A stretch of DNA of 64,000 bases from IMG/VR virus record IMGVR_UViG_3300027801_001565; one strand, given 5' to 3'. This document shows, piece after piece, positions 37,292 to 46,238 of the stretch (its first letter is position 1; each line of letters starts with the position of its first letter). Both the position numbers and the translations under genes were made by a program. The notes beneath the pieces are model-generated. The model was not told where the DNA came from. It saw only the letters and a program-made list of their open reading frames with translations, and ran no database searches. Source of the stretch: a virus.

Positions 37292-37549
37292 TTAAAACGT
37301 TCCACCATCAATAGCTGCAATGGATGCTGCAACAGCGCTTGCTGGTGATGCCTCCCAATTACCGCTTGTTGAATCGTATACCAAAGTATAACCATTCTGT
37401 ACGTCCGTCGTGTCTACTCCCTGCAAGTTATCAATCTTTTGTGCCGTAGCAACTTGAGATTGGCTTGTAGATGTAGTTATAACTCTGGTAGATCCAGTAC
37501 CTACTGAAACTTTTACATTGTTACTTCCTACGCTTACATTAACTGCCAT
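37292..37549 (-). CDS. Small virion protein ending IDGGTF
   Basis: L.GVDT..NG.TLVYDS..G.W short fibre motif. Confidence 0.7.
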   Translation of the reverse strand: MAVNVSVGSNNVKVSVGTGSTRVITTSTSQSQVATAQKIDNLQGVDTTDVQNGYTLVYDSTSGNWEASPASAVAASIAAIDGGTF

Positions 37550-37561
37550 TTGTATTCTCCT

Positions 37562-37891
37562 TTAAGCTCTGGTAACATTTGGTGTTACTGTAACCAGGCC
37601 TTCCAAAACTCTTAAAGTCTCTGTCGAACTTGCTATCTCGACATCGTAAACGTATCGGCCTGCTTTAACTGCTGCCGTTTCCGTCGCCGTGAGTGATAAA
37701 GTAACTACGCCAGTCGCATCTACTTTTGCTGTAGTAAAACTAGTAGCAGTTGTAGCATCGTATGACTTTCTCATTTGACTTGTTACTGTGTAGTAAGTCA
37801 GGTCTTTGGCTGATAAATCGTCGTTAGTAAGGTTAACAGTCATATTGAATGTTGTACCTTGGTCTAAAACAATGTTTGTCATTACTGCCAT
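37562..37891 (-). CDS. BppU-N-like small virion adaptor protein
   Basis: DQGTTF, QMRKSY, GRYVYDVEI, RVLEG.VTVTP.VTR. Confidence 0.7.
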   Translation of the reverse strand: MAVMTNIVLDQGTTFNMTVNLTNDDLSAKDLTYYTVTSQMRKSYDATTATSFTTAKVDATGVVTLSLTATETAAVKAGRYVYDVEIASSTETLRVLEGLVTVTPNVTRA

Positions 37892-37923
37892 TGGTGAGTT
37901 CTCTTTAAATTACTTGTTCTTCT

Positions 37924-37935
37924 TATTTATAAATA
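37924..37935. promoter_or_regulatory. Palindromic bidirectional late promoter TATTTATAAATA
   Basis: TATAAATA on both strands between divergent fibre genes and the GT cassette. Confidence 0.75.
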
Positions 37936-37938
37936 ATA

Positions 37939-38616
37939 ATGATTACAATGAAAACTATTTTAACTTTAAAATATGGCACCAAATATAGTGCTGAAGACGT
38001 GAATTCGATATACGAACATACCGATGGTGTGTACGATTACATCTGTGTAACCGATGATCCCTCAGGGCTTAACCCTAACATTAAAGTTATTTATATAGAA
38101 CACGAACCCGAAGGTAATATGGAGAAGCTTAAACTTTTTCAGATTAAGGCTGATGAGGGGGAGACTATATTATATTTAGATCTTGATGTACGAATACAAA
38201 AGAATATAGATCATCTATTCGACTACTGCCAGCACTATCCAGTAATCGCATACACTTGGTGGAAGGATAAGGGTATTGATGAAATGCCAATAGATGAGTT
38301 TCCATACCACGCCAGCGAACCTTTAAGCAATTTTAACTCTAGTATTATGTTGTGGAAAGATGCAACGCATATTTGGAATCATTATTGTGAGAAACAAGAC
38401 GAATATATAGTTAAGTATCCTCACGGAGATGATACATTTTTATACCATGAGGGATTTACCTTTGAACACTTACCCGATAAAGAGGTGTATTCATACATGT
38501 TCTCAGGTAGAAAATACAGACCTGAATATACAATATGTCTACTAAATGGGCAAGACAGATACCCGGAGATTGAGAAAGAATATGATGAACTTTGTTTGCA
38601 TAAAATGGGGCGATAA
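37939..38616 (+). CDS. GT-A glycosyltransferase (paralogue 1; start probably 37948)
   Basis: LKYGTKYS, CVTDD, YLDLD (DxD), FNSSIMLW, GDDTFL. Confidence 0.8.
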   Translation: MITMKTILTLKYGTKYSAEDVNSIYEHTDGVYDYICVTDDPSGLNPNIKVIYIEHEPEGNMEKLKLFQIKADEGETILYLDLDVRIQKNIDHLFDYCQHYPVIAYTWWKDKGIDEMPIDEFPYHASEPLSNFNSSIMLWKDATHIWNHYCEKQDEYIVKYPHGDDTFLYHEGFTFEHLPDKEVYSYMFSGRKYRPEYTICLLNGQDRYPEIEKEYDELCLHKMGR

Positions 38617-39343
38617 ATACGAGCCTGCATATGTAAATAACCTGTATCGTATGGTACAGAACAATTACAAGCATGACTTTACATTTACCTGCTTCACCGA
38701 CGATCCCGTTGGATTGGATTGCGACACAAAACCTATACCCGATATAGATCCTCTTCACCCTAAGTACTGGTTTGGAATAGAGAACTACTGCTGGGATAGA
38801 TCCAAGTTCCTTGTATTCAACTCGCATAACTGGTTGGGGTATAATGGAAAGTGGTGTTATATGGATCTTGATATAATAATTCATAATGATATATCAGATC
38901 TAAACGAACTAGCATTGAAACCTAGAATAGCACACTCCAATTGGCAGGATCCTAAACAGTTACATGATAGGAAATTCATAGACATCAGAGGGACTTATCA
39001 TAATTCTAGTCTCATGTGCTGGAACAGAGATCAATGTGAACACATATTCTGGGACGTAATTCAAGAAGAGCAACAAATATTCAGAACGTTCTTTAAGGGT
39101 ACAGACAATTATCATTTCTGGAGACAGAGAGAGTTTTGGAATAACATACCTCACGATTGGTTGTACAGTTATAACCATGGTCTTAAATATCCAGATGATT
39201 TAGAGCGTTATAAATATAGAGAAGACTGTAAGATATGTATCTTTAATGTAAATAAGATTAAAGGCCAGACTCCACAGTATGAGATAAATGAAATAGATGA
39301 TGAACAACTTTTGAGACATTGGCATGGTAACACTAATAGCTAA
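38582..39343 (+). CDS. GT-A glycosyltransferase (paralogue 2)
   Basis: CIKWGDKY..YVNNL, CFTDD, YMDLD, NSSLMCW, GTDNY; start re-called to MMNFV. Confidence 0.82.
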   Translation: MMNFVCIKWGDKYEPAYVNNLYRMVQNNYKHDFTFTCFTDDPVGLDCDTKPIPDIDPLHPKYWFGIENYCWDRSKFLVFNSHNWLGYNGKWCYMDLDIIIHNDISDLNELALKPRIAHSNWQDPKQLHDRKFIDIRGTYHNSSLMCWNRDQCEHIFWDVIQEEQQIFRTFFKGTDNYHFWRQREFWNNIPHDWLYSYNHGLKYPDDLERYKYREDCKICIFNVNKIKGQTPQYEINEIDDEQLLRHWHGNTNS

Positions 39344-40835
39344 TCAGCTAGACGCTAAATATAGTCAATCACATATAAATGCTTTTTATACACAAGCAAA
39401 AAAACTGATTGCTGATCCTTTTGACTTTGTTGTCTTTGTAAACCAAACAGAAATGAGTCTGCTAAACACAACCAAAAAGAAAGACGGGTACCTACAAGGG
39501 ATTACATTCCATGTACCTAAGTACGGTAAAGACTGGATTGAAATTGATATTATCCAGCATACCAAACCAGGCGAGCGTAGTCTACTTGTAACACCAAACG
39601 TTATATTAAACAATCCTGAATCGTTCTTTAGTTATAAGTCAAAGGGTATTGACAAACTATATCTTGAAGACGGAAATCTGTGTTACTTCTGCCACCGTAA
39701 TGAAAAGGTTGAAGGCATATTATCTAAGTGGAATGAGATGGAAGACTCAATGACGTTTGACAACCACTCCTTTGAAGATGCGTTCTTTAGTAACATTGTA
39801 CCAGACTTTTCGTTTATACAAAATACAAATCACAACTACCCAGAAAAGACTGAGGGCGACATAGTTGTATTGCCTTATTGGTATTCAGATTTCTCTAAAG
39901 AACAATTAGAATTAAATTACAACAGAGAGGCAGATCTATATCCTTGGCTACCCGAAAGAGTAGAGATTGAAGCAATAGGACCTACTGGACATTTAACTAC
40001 TGATATTGTTGAAGATGCTTTTACTGTAGACTTTTGTGAGAAGGCAAGACTAAAAAGAATTAAAATGGTAGGACTTACACAAGATCCTACTGATAACCCA
40101 GAGTTGTTTGACATAATACAATACCTAATGGGTAACTGGGGCGTTGCAGTTGACCTTGAAACTGATGGTATTAATAACGACATGGGATGGTGGCGTACAT
40201 TGGGTATGTTATACTTTACAATAACAAATAATATAGCTAACATTACATTTAATATTAACACCTCACACCCAGACGAAAAGATACTACGACATGCAGACGA
40301 GTTACTTAAGCAGGGTTGCAGAGTCTTTTGGAGTTACACACAAACATCGTTGACGCAAGAGAATGATGTTGTAAGAGCTAAAGAGTTATCTAAAAGACAT
40401 CTTTTTACAGGTTTCATATATAATGATAAAATCGAACCAGAGAAAGTGGTTATAGAACCGAAGGAAACCAGTGAAATGCCAGACTATAATCTCATTACAC
40501 TTGACACTCTACAGACAGTTAAACAAGACGACATATATAAAGAGAGAAAGATAAAATTTGCTCCACATGTTAAATGTGAAGGTAAGATTAATAATCAATT
40601 TTATTTAAGTGCTAAAGGAAATGTATTTCCGTGTAAGCATGTAGCAAACAATATTATCTCAGCAGACAGATCTCCAGAACATAGGACGGAGTTAATGTAT
40701 AGTTGGGACAAGAACAATATTTGTAATTATACATTAGAAGATATTTTTACTAATGATTTTTACAAAGGGTATTTTAATAATTTATTAAAGTTGAACCCGA
40801 TAGTTATTCATAATGAACAGGAAGGCATATGTTAA
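39324..40835 (+). CDS. Degenerate GT-A domain fused to degenerate radical-SAM/SPASM-like domain
   Basis: N-terminus echoes GT paralogues (KYSQSHINAFY..FDFVVF) without DxD; C-terminal KC..FYLSAKGNVFPC..LEDIF; no CxxxCxxC. Confidence 0.55.
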   Translation: MVTLIANQLDAKYSQSHINAFYTQAKKLIADPFDFVVFVNQTEMSLLNTTKKKDGYLQGITFHVPKYGKDWIEIDIIQHTKPGERSLLVTPNVILNNPESFFSYKSKGIDKLYLEDGNLCYFCHRNEKVEGILSKWNEMEDSMTFDNHSFEDAFFSNIVPDFSFIQNTNHNYPEKTEGDIVVLPYWYSDFSKEQLELNYNREADLYPWLPERVEIEAIGPTGHLTTDIVEDAFTVDFCEKARLKRIKMVGLTQDPTDNPELFDIIQYLMGNWGVAVDLETDGINNDMGWWRTLGMLYFTITNNIANITFNINTSHPDEKILRHADELLKQGCRVFWSYTQTSLTQENDVVRAKELSKRHLFTGFIYNDKIEPEKVVIEPKETSEMPDYNLITLDTLQTVKQDDIYKERKIKFAPHVKCEGKINNQFYLSAKGNVFPCKHVANNIISADRSPEHRTELMYSWDKNNICNYTLEDIFTNDFYKGYFNNLLKLNPIVIHNEQEGIC

Positions 40836-41047
40836 AAGTTAAAGATGGTACGGTGATTGAAGGTAGTTTTAATGATGAGGAATTCATTCCTATTGTAGTC
40901 AACTCAGAATTCTCCACACTATTAGTTCAAATAGATTTAGAAAATTTCGAACCAAAGTGTGTTGAAATTACAATGTTGCTTGCAGGTGAAGGCAAACAAT
41001 ACGGTACAGATTATGTTATTGTTAGGAGAGCAGTAAGTGAGAGTTAA
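40829..41047 (+). CDS. Small hypothetical protein
   Basis: ORF overlaps both neighbours in the operon. Confidence 0.6.
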   Translation: MLKVKDGTVIEGSFNDEEFIPIVVNSEFSTLLVQIDLENFEPKCVEITMLLAGEGKQYGTDYVIVRRAVSES

Positions 41048-41849
41048 TATTGTATGTGCCAAGTGGGGGACAAAATATGGTCCTCACTTTGTAAACAAAT
41101 TAAAGAATATGGCAAAAAGAAACTGTGATCCAAAACACGATTTCCATTTCTATTGTTATACTGATGACTCCGAAGGCTTTGATGATGACATTAAGGTTAT
41201 AGACTTCCCAGATATTCCAAACATACACCCGAAGTATTGGTTCCAAAAAGACGAATTTAAATATGGCATGGCACGATGTTGGGATAGACCTAAAACATTT
41301 GTATTCAATACGCACAACTTTGCTGAAGATAAACCTACAGGACGTTTTGTTTTCTTTGACTTAGATGTAATCATACAGAATGACATAGAGCCTTTACTTA
41401 CATACAACATGGAACGGCCTACTAAGTTAAGATCTTGGTGGCAAGATCCTCGTCCAATGAAGACTCGTAGATTTAAATTGGCACATGGTGCATACACAAA
41501 TGGCAGTTGTCAAGTATGGAGCGACGATCAGGCAGAATGTATATGGGACGATGTATTAAAACACCAGGAACAGATATGGTTTACATATACAGACGGTACA
41601 GACAATTATCACTCTTGGAGATGGGGAGACTGGGGTAAGAAACTATGGGATCACTTCCCGGCAGACTATGCTTACTCGTATAACCGAGGCCGTAGTTGGG
41701 ACGATGACGATTTAGAAGTTGACATTTACAGAGAGACTCCAATTGTATGTGTATTTAATATTGATCTACTACCGTTTGAGGATGCTAGTAGAGGACACAC
41801 AAAACAAGATGAGTTAGCAGACCCTGCGTTATTGAGGCATTGGGTATAA
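41037..41849 (+). CDS. GT-A glycosyltransferase (paralogue 3)
   Basis: CAKWGTKYG..FVNKL, CYTDD, FFDLD, GTDNY, YSYNRG. Confidence 0.82.
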   Translation: MRVNIVCAKWGTKYGPHFVNKLKNMAKRNCDPKHDFHFYCYTDDSEGFDDDIKVIDFPDIPNIHPKYWFQKDEFKYGMARCWDRPKTFVFNTHNFAEDKPTGRFVFFDLDVIIQNDIEPLLTYNMERPTKLRSWWQDPRPMKTRRFKLAHGAYTNGSCQVWSDDQAECIWDDVLKHQEQIWFTYTDGTDNYHSWRWGDWGKKLWDHFPADYAYSYNRGRSWDDDDLEVDIYRETPIVCVFNIDLLPFEDASRGHTKQDELADPALLRHWV

Positions 41850-42538
41850 TGCACATAGAGTATTTAAATATCTATACGGTTAAACATGGTACCAAATACG
41901 GCTCCGCGCATGTTAACAAGATATTAGAATCCTGTAAGCAGAATTTGTCTTACAAGTTTACGTTTCATTGTTTAACTGAAAGTCCTAAAGGATTAGATGA
42001 AGACATAGTAGTCATTCCTCTTCCTAAAGATAACAAGTTAGAAAAATGGTGGAATAAGATGTACTTGTTTGATAGCAACGTTGTAAGACAGAAGGGTGAG
42101 AATCTTTTCTTTGACTTAGATGTTATCATACAAAAAGACATAGATGATATAGCTAATTTCGATCCTGAGGATTGCTTAGCTTTTGGCCAAACACATTGGC
42201 ATGATTTAGAAACTATGGCAAAGAACACAGAGCATGTTCCTCATAGATTCACAGATTTAAATAGTAGTGTATTAAGATGGAACGATAACCTGGATACAGA
42301 AAATATATCGTTATATTTTAAAGCACATTTGGAAAAGGTCCTATGGTACTATAGGGGGATAGATAACTTCTTCATGCACAAGGGTGTAGCAAGAATTAAA
42401 TATTTTCCAATAGGGTGGTTTTATAGTTACAATCACGGGTACATATATCCGCATGATGTAGAAAAACAAGTGTACAGACAGATACCATATGTTTGTTTAT
42501 TTGATTCAATGGGAAGAAAAGAAGATGTTAAATTTTAA
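41840..42538 (+). CDS. GT-A glycosyltransferase (paralogue 4)
   Basis: VKHGTKYG, WWNKMYLF, FFDLD, NSSVLRW, GIDNF. Confidence 0.82.
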   Translation: MGIMHIEYLNIYTVKHGTKYGSAHVNKILESCKQNLSYKFTFHCLTESPKGLDEDIVVIPLPKDNKLEKWWNKMYLFDSNVVRQKGENLFFDLDVIIQKDIDDIANFDPEDCLAFGQTHWHDLETMAKNTEHVPHRFTDLNSSVLRWNDNLDTENISLYFKAHLEKVLWYYRGIDNFFMHKGVARIKYFPIGWFYSYNHGYIYPHDVEKQVYRQIPYVCLFDSMGRKEDVKF

Positions 42539-43193
42539 TTTTTTAAACAGTATGCAATATTGGGGAGAGGGTTTAGCCAAAGTCGAGCATGAAATGAAAC
42601 ACAAGCACGATGACTTTAGGCAGGCGCTTAATCCGAATACTATGGAAGGGGCTATTTGGTTAGTTGAAGAGCTAAAGAAAAGCCTAGACAATTACATGAA
42701 AGACGAGCAGTTTAATATTCTTATATTAAATAGCTGGTTAGGAGTTCCTTTAGTTCCACTGCTGTGTGAGAACTTGTCCGTAGGAGAAATGCACCTAGTT
42801 GACATCGATAAAGAAGCTTTAGAGCTCTCTAAGGTCTTTAACAAGCATTATAGCACTGAAGAATACATAAAATTAAATCATTGGAACTTAGATGTTCCCT
42901 TCGCTTTTGATGAACTTAATCAATTGAATGTTGATATTGTAATTACAATGGGAGCAGAACAGATGTTTCCATTACAGGATTTAAAAACAGCAAACAAACA
43001 TGCAGTATTTGCTTGTCAATCATCTAATGTTATTGAAGAGATGTATGGTATCAACTGTGTGGATAGTGAGAAGGCTCTTATTGAGAACGTGGGTCTTAAA
43101 GATACCATGTACTCAGGTAAAACAAAACAATTTTACTATGATTGGAATGGTAAAGTATACTTCGATAGGTTTATGGCAATTGGCACAAAATAA
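42525..43193 (+). CDS. Class I SAM-methyltransferase-like protein
   Basis: ILILNSWLG (degenerate motif I), LVDID, YFDRFMAIG.K; start re-called to MLNFN. Confidence 0.6.
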   Translation: MLNFNFLNSMQYWGEGLAKVEHEMKHKHDDFRQALNPNTMEGAIWLVEELKKSLDNYMKDEQFNILILNSWLGVPLVPLLCENLSVGEMHLVDIDKEALELSKVFNKHYSTEEYIKLNHWNLDVPFAFDELNQLNVDIVITMGAEQMFPLQDLKTANKHAVFACQSSNVIEEMYGINCVDSEKALIENVGLKDTMYSGKTKQFYYDWNGKVYFDRFMAIGTK

Positions 43194-43413
43194 AAAACTG
43201 AACGCAGCTTTAAAAGAAGCATCCTTCGATACTTTTATAGGAGCAATAATAATGTTCCCTTTAAGTGTATTCATAATAAAAGTTTGTATAGAGTACGCTG
43301 AAACCACAGCATTTATGGCTGCGTTAATTAACTTTATATCTTTAACTGGAGTAGCCATCGTGAGGAAAACCCTAGTGAGGCTAAGGTTCTCCAAGTACGA
43401 TGTGTTTGATTAG
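43180..43413 (+). CDS. Small two-helix membrane protein
   Basis: ALKEASFDTFIG...IVRKTLVRLRF; start uncertain (TTG). Confidence 0.5.
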   Translation: MAQNKKLNAALKEASFDTFIGAIIMFPLSVFIIKVCIEYAETTAFMAALINFISLTGVAIVRKTLVRLRFSKYDVFD

Positions 43414-43589
43414 TCTCGTTCGCCGATCTTTTTAAACTTACGTCTAGATTTACTAAACTGTTTTAAAGGACTCTTAAAGACTTTGTCATTGTATTGAACC
43501 AAGTGTCCAGTCTTTTTGTTAACGTGATATATTCCATTTGTTATATTCACGCCATCCCAGTCAGTTACTTCTTGTAATATCTCAATCAT
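43410..43589 (-). CDS. Small hypothetical protein (59 aa)
   Basis: Manual ORF MIEILQEVTDWDG...FSKSRRKFKKIGERD with GGAG SD. Confidence 0.65.
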   Translation of the reverse strand: MIEILQEVTDWDGVNITNGIYHVNKKTGHLVQYNDKVFKSPLKQFSKSRRKFKKIGERD

Positions 43590-44694
43590 TTCTATCTCCT
43601 ATACCCCAGTCAATTACTACTGGGAAACGTGGAACACCATCTGGTGTCTTCTCAAAATATCTAACAGTAACCCAAGTAGGTTTTACTTCCTGTTCAAGTA
43701 ATGCTTTTAATACAGCCTGTTGTCCTCTAACTCCACTACCGAAAGTTCTACCATCGCCTAACTCTAGTTCAAAGTGTTTGGCATATCCCGCCCAGTTACC
43801 TGAACCCTCTAGTACTTTAACAACATTAAACTCTTCGGTAACAAACTCTTTTCGTTTAAGTAGATTCTTACTTCTTTTATTCTCATAAGGTGTGTCGTTA
43901 CGAACCATTTGTCCTTCGTATCCTTGCTCTGTGTATTCTGAATATAAAGTATCTAGTTCGTCTTGGCTATCACACCATGTTGTTGTAACTAATTTAATAC
44001 AATCACTGCTACGCCAAGCCATAAAGTCTTCATTAAGAAAGGCATCTCTATCTGAAAATGATTCGTTGTCTAAATCTACCATATCATATACATGATACTG
44101 AACAAGTTTTTCTGCCATTTCTTGTTCTTCCTGTGAAGGTTTTATTTTACGAACTAGACTTGTAATCTTGTTGAAGTCTGATTTTAGTGCGTGATTATAA
44201 AGTTCACCATCTAATATAACATCAGGCCACTCTTCAAAGAAAGCTTTTAGATCATTGTATATGTGATTACAAGTTGTAATCTCTTTTCCTGCTCTTGTAT
44301 AAAGGCCGTCTTTTCTTGCAATACATCTAATACCATCTAACTTAGGTTGACTGAAACCATTAGACTGAGGTCTTTTAGTGTAGTCATGTGCTAGTTGGGG
44401 TTTAAACTTATCGTAAGAATCAACAAGTGAGATGTCTTCAAAGTATTCTTTTTCTACTTTCTTATCCCACATTGCTTGAGCTTCTTTTTGTGCTTGTTCA
44501 GCATCTGTAGTAGCATTTGCTTTACCTTCGTTCTTGCCGTAAGCATCTTTCCAACCACTAGTAACTAGTTTGCCGTCTTTAATGCCTGCAATAGTTCTAG
44601 TAGCATTCATCACACCATTAGAATATTCGACTGTTAGTTCACGAATGTTTCCGTTCGTGTCTCTTTTGTATAGTTTGTTTAAAGGAAATATCAT
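43582..44694 (-). CDS. ATP-dependent DNA ligase
   Basis: QPKLDGIRC (KxDG), LDGELY, YEGQMVR, LLKRK, RFPV; start re-called to MIFPL. Confidence 0.93.
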   Translation of the reverse strand: MIFPLNKLYKRDTNGNIRELTVEYSNGVMNATRTIAGIKDGKLVTSGWKDAYGKNEGKANATTDAEQAQKEAQAMWDKKVEKEYFEDISLVDSYDKFKPQLAHDYTKRPQSNGFSQPKLDGIRCIARKDGLYTRAGKEITTCNHIYNDLKAFFEEWPDVILDGELYNHALKSDFNKITSLVRKIKPSQEEQEMAEKLVQYHVYDMVDLDNESFSDRDAFLNEDFMAWRSSDCIKLVTTTWCDSQDELDTLYSEYTEQGYEGQMVRNDTPYENKRSKNLLKRKEFVTEEFNVVKVLEGSGNWAGYAKHFELELGDGRTFGSGVRGQQAVLKALLEQEVKPTWVTVRYFEKTPDGVPRFPVVIDWGIGDRND

Positions 44695-44852
44695 AGTATG
44701 TAGACTCCATTTGAAAATACTGTCTGCCAAACAGCTAGGGCTAGTAGTACTAGGATTCCTGCTGCAAGTAATTTAACTAAAAACATTAACATTCCTGGTA
44801 AAAATTTAAATGCCAAAAAGCCTATTGCTAACAATCCGATTAGTTCTAACAT
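44691..44852 (-). CDS. Small membrane protein (53 aa)
   Basis: Manual ORF MLELIGLLAIGFLAFKFLPG...; overlapping start/stop on both sides. Confidence 0.6.
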   Translation of the reverse strand: MLELIGLLAIGFLAFKFLPGMLMFLVKLLAAGILVLLALAVWQTVFSNGVYIL

Positions 44853-45130
44853 TAAGCCACCTCTAACATTGAGTAAGGAACATTGACTTTTGAAAGTCCT
44901 CTTCCTTGCCAGTTCATTTCAACAACACATTTCTTAGGGTTCATCTTAACAATCACCGCAGAAGTAGATTTAGTCTTTTGAACTACATTTACTTTCTGTC
45001 CAACTGAAAATTGATGACACTTGTTCCATGTCGTTGAGCCGCTTTTCAACTGATTTGCAAAGTTCACAATCTGAGTCAATTCATCTTGATTCATTGTTGA
45101 CATTTCTATTTTTAAAGTTTGAATATTCAT
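44852..45130 (-). CDS. Early hypothetical protein (SH3/KOW-like)
   Basis: FSVGQKVNV..VIVKMNPKKCVVE..VPYSML; early promoter upstream. Confidence 0.7.
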   Translation of the reverse strand: MNIQTLKIEMSTMNQDELTQIVNFANQLKSGSTTWNKCHQFSVGQKVNVVQKTKSTSAVIVKMNPKKCVVEMNWQGRGLSKVNVPYSMLEVA

Positions 45131-45165
45131 TATTTAGTCCTCACTATTTTTGTTTGTTTCTTCAT
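45130..45165 (-). CDS. Leader mini-cistron MKKQTKIVRTK, TAATG-coupled to next gene
   Basis: Read directly. Confidence 0.5.
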   Translation of the reverse strand: MKKQTKIVRTK

Positions 45166-45176
45166 TTTATACCGTT

Positions 45177-45205
45177 ATTATAGCACCCTAGGGACCATAA
45201 GTCAA
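45177..45205 (-). promoter_or_regulatory. Early promoter TTGACT-N17-TATAAT
   Basis: Direct match; repeated module. Confidence 0.85.
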
Positions 45206-45213
45206 GCATTATT

Positions 45214-45492
45214 TTAAAAGAGTTCCAATTGAGTTGAAGTAACTTCTACCTTTAATTGGTTCATTGCGTTACTGTTTAGGTAAGCAGTTTTCCATCCACC
45301 TGACGGCCATTTAGCATAACCAATCAAGTAGTAATCTGCCTTAATAGTAGGGTGAGCGGTTGCTTTCCCAGCATCTATTTGTAACACTTCACCTGTTAAA
45401 ACACCAGCTCCTGATGTCCATGTTATAGTTTGCCCTACATTCGCCCAATTACTTACTCTCATATTCTCACCTTTTATTGTTTGTTTCTTCAT
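45214..45492 (-). CDS. Early hypothetical protein (starts at MKKQT 45492 or MRVSN 45462)
   Basis: The longer ORF-track start lies upstream of the promoter, so it was re-called. Confidence 0.65.
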   Translation of the reverse strand: MKKQTIKGENMRVSNWANVGQTITWTSGAGVLTGEVLQIDAGKATAHPTIKADYYLIGYAKWPSGGWKTAYLNSNAMNQLKVEVTSTQLELF

Positions 45493-45501
45493 TATACCGT
45501 T

Positions 45502-45530
45502 AGTATAGCAAGCATAGGACCAAAAGTCAA
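45502..45530 (-). promoter_or_regulatory. Early promoter TTGACT-N17-TATACT
   Basis: Direct match; repeated module. Confidence 0.8.
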
Positions 45531-45568
45531 GCACTTTATGAAAAGATTTCAACTCTTTTTAGGTGTTA

Positions 45569-45581
45569 AATCAGTAACTTA
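45569..45581 (+). promoter_or_regulatory. Putative IHF site AATCAGTAACTTA
   Basis: Matches WATCARNNNNTTR; twin of 714-726. Confidence 0.5.
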
Positions 45582-46238
45582 GGAGAGATGATCTGCGGAT
45601 TCGCCCGAGATATCCTCAATCATGTTGCGCCACATGTCGATTTGAGGGATAACATAGGCTAATGTGATGCGTGGTTCGTGTGTTCCAGCACAATGATAGT
45701 ACACTTTCTCGGGTTCTCTGCCCTTGCCGTAGTATCCTACCTTACAAGACCAACCACCAGGATCATCCATAGTGACTATCTCATGTGTTTTGGCGTCCCT
45801 GTACTTAAAGAAGCCGCCTCCCTTCTCTGTATATGATAGAAGGATATTATAACCAGAGGCGTTCCAGTTATTGTGCCACCCCATATAACCATCAACTGGA
45901 TAGTATACATGAACTGCCTCATTTCTAGCTCCTAGAAACTCCAATAGTGTAGATGACATTTGTTCGTGTTTAACTCTAAAGTTGTCAGGGCATAGGTGTT
46001 TTAGTCCCATTAGATCAAAGCTTCTAGAGATTTCGGGATAGCCTACATGTGCGCCATCCTTTTGTAATATCTTAGCTAAATACTCAGGTCCACAACAATA
46101 CTCCATATCAACTTTAGTGTCGTTCTTTTCGTTTTCGTCTGATAACTTATTCAATGGTTCCAAGTCTTGACTAAAAAACCAATCGCTGTAGGGCGTAAGA
46201 ATATCTAAGAGTTCATCACTTATATCGGTAAATATCAT
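45579..46238 (-). CDS. 2OG-Fe(II)/cupin-like oxygenase
   Basis: YYPVDGYMGWHNN (HxN), YYHCA, distal R in PRITLAY. Confidence 0.6.
   Translation of the reverse strand: MIFTDISDELLDILTPYSDWFFSQDLEPLNKLSDENEKNDTKVDMEYCCGPEYLAKILQKDGAHVGYPEISRSFDLMGLKHLCPDNFRVKHEQMSSTLLEFLGARNEAVHVYYPVDGYMGWHNNWNASGYNILLSYTEKGGGFFKYRDAKTHEIVTMDDPGGWSCKVGYYGKGREPEKVYYHCAGTHEPRITLAYVIPQIDMWRNMIEDISGESADHLS

Noticed and set aside
43000-43179. N-terminal 60 codons of ORF-track 43000-43413
   Set aside because: Overlaps the methyltransferase-like gene in another frame; only the hydrophobic C-terminal part looks like a real protein
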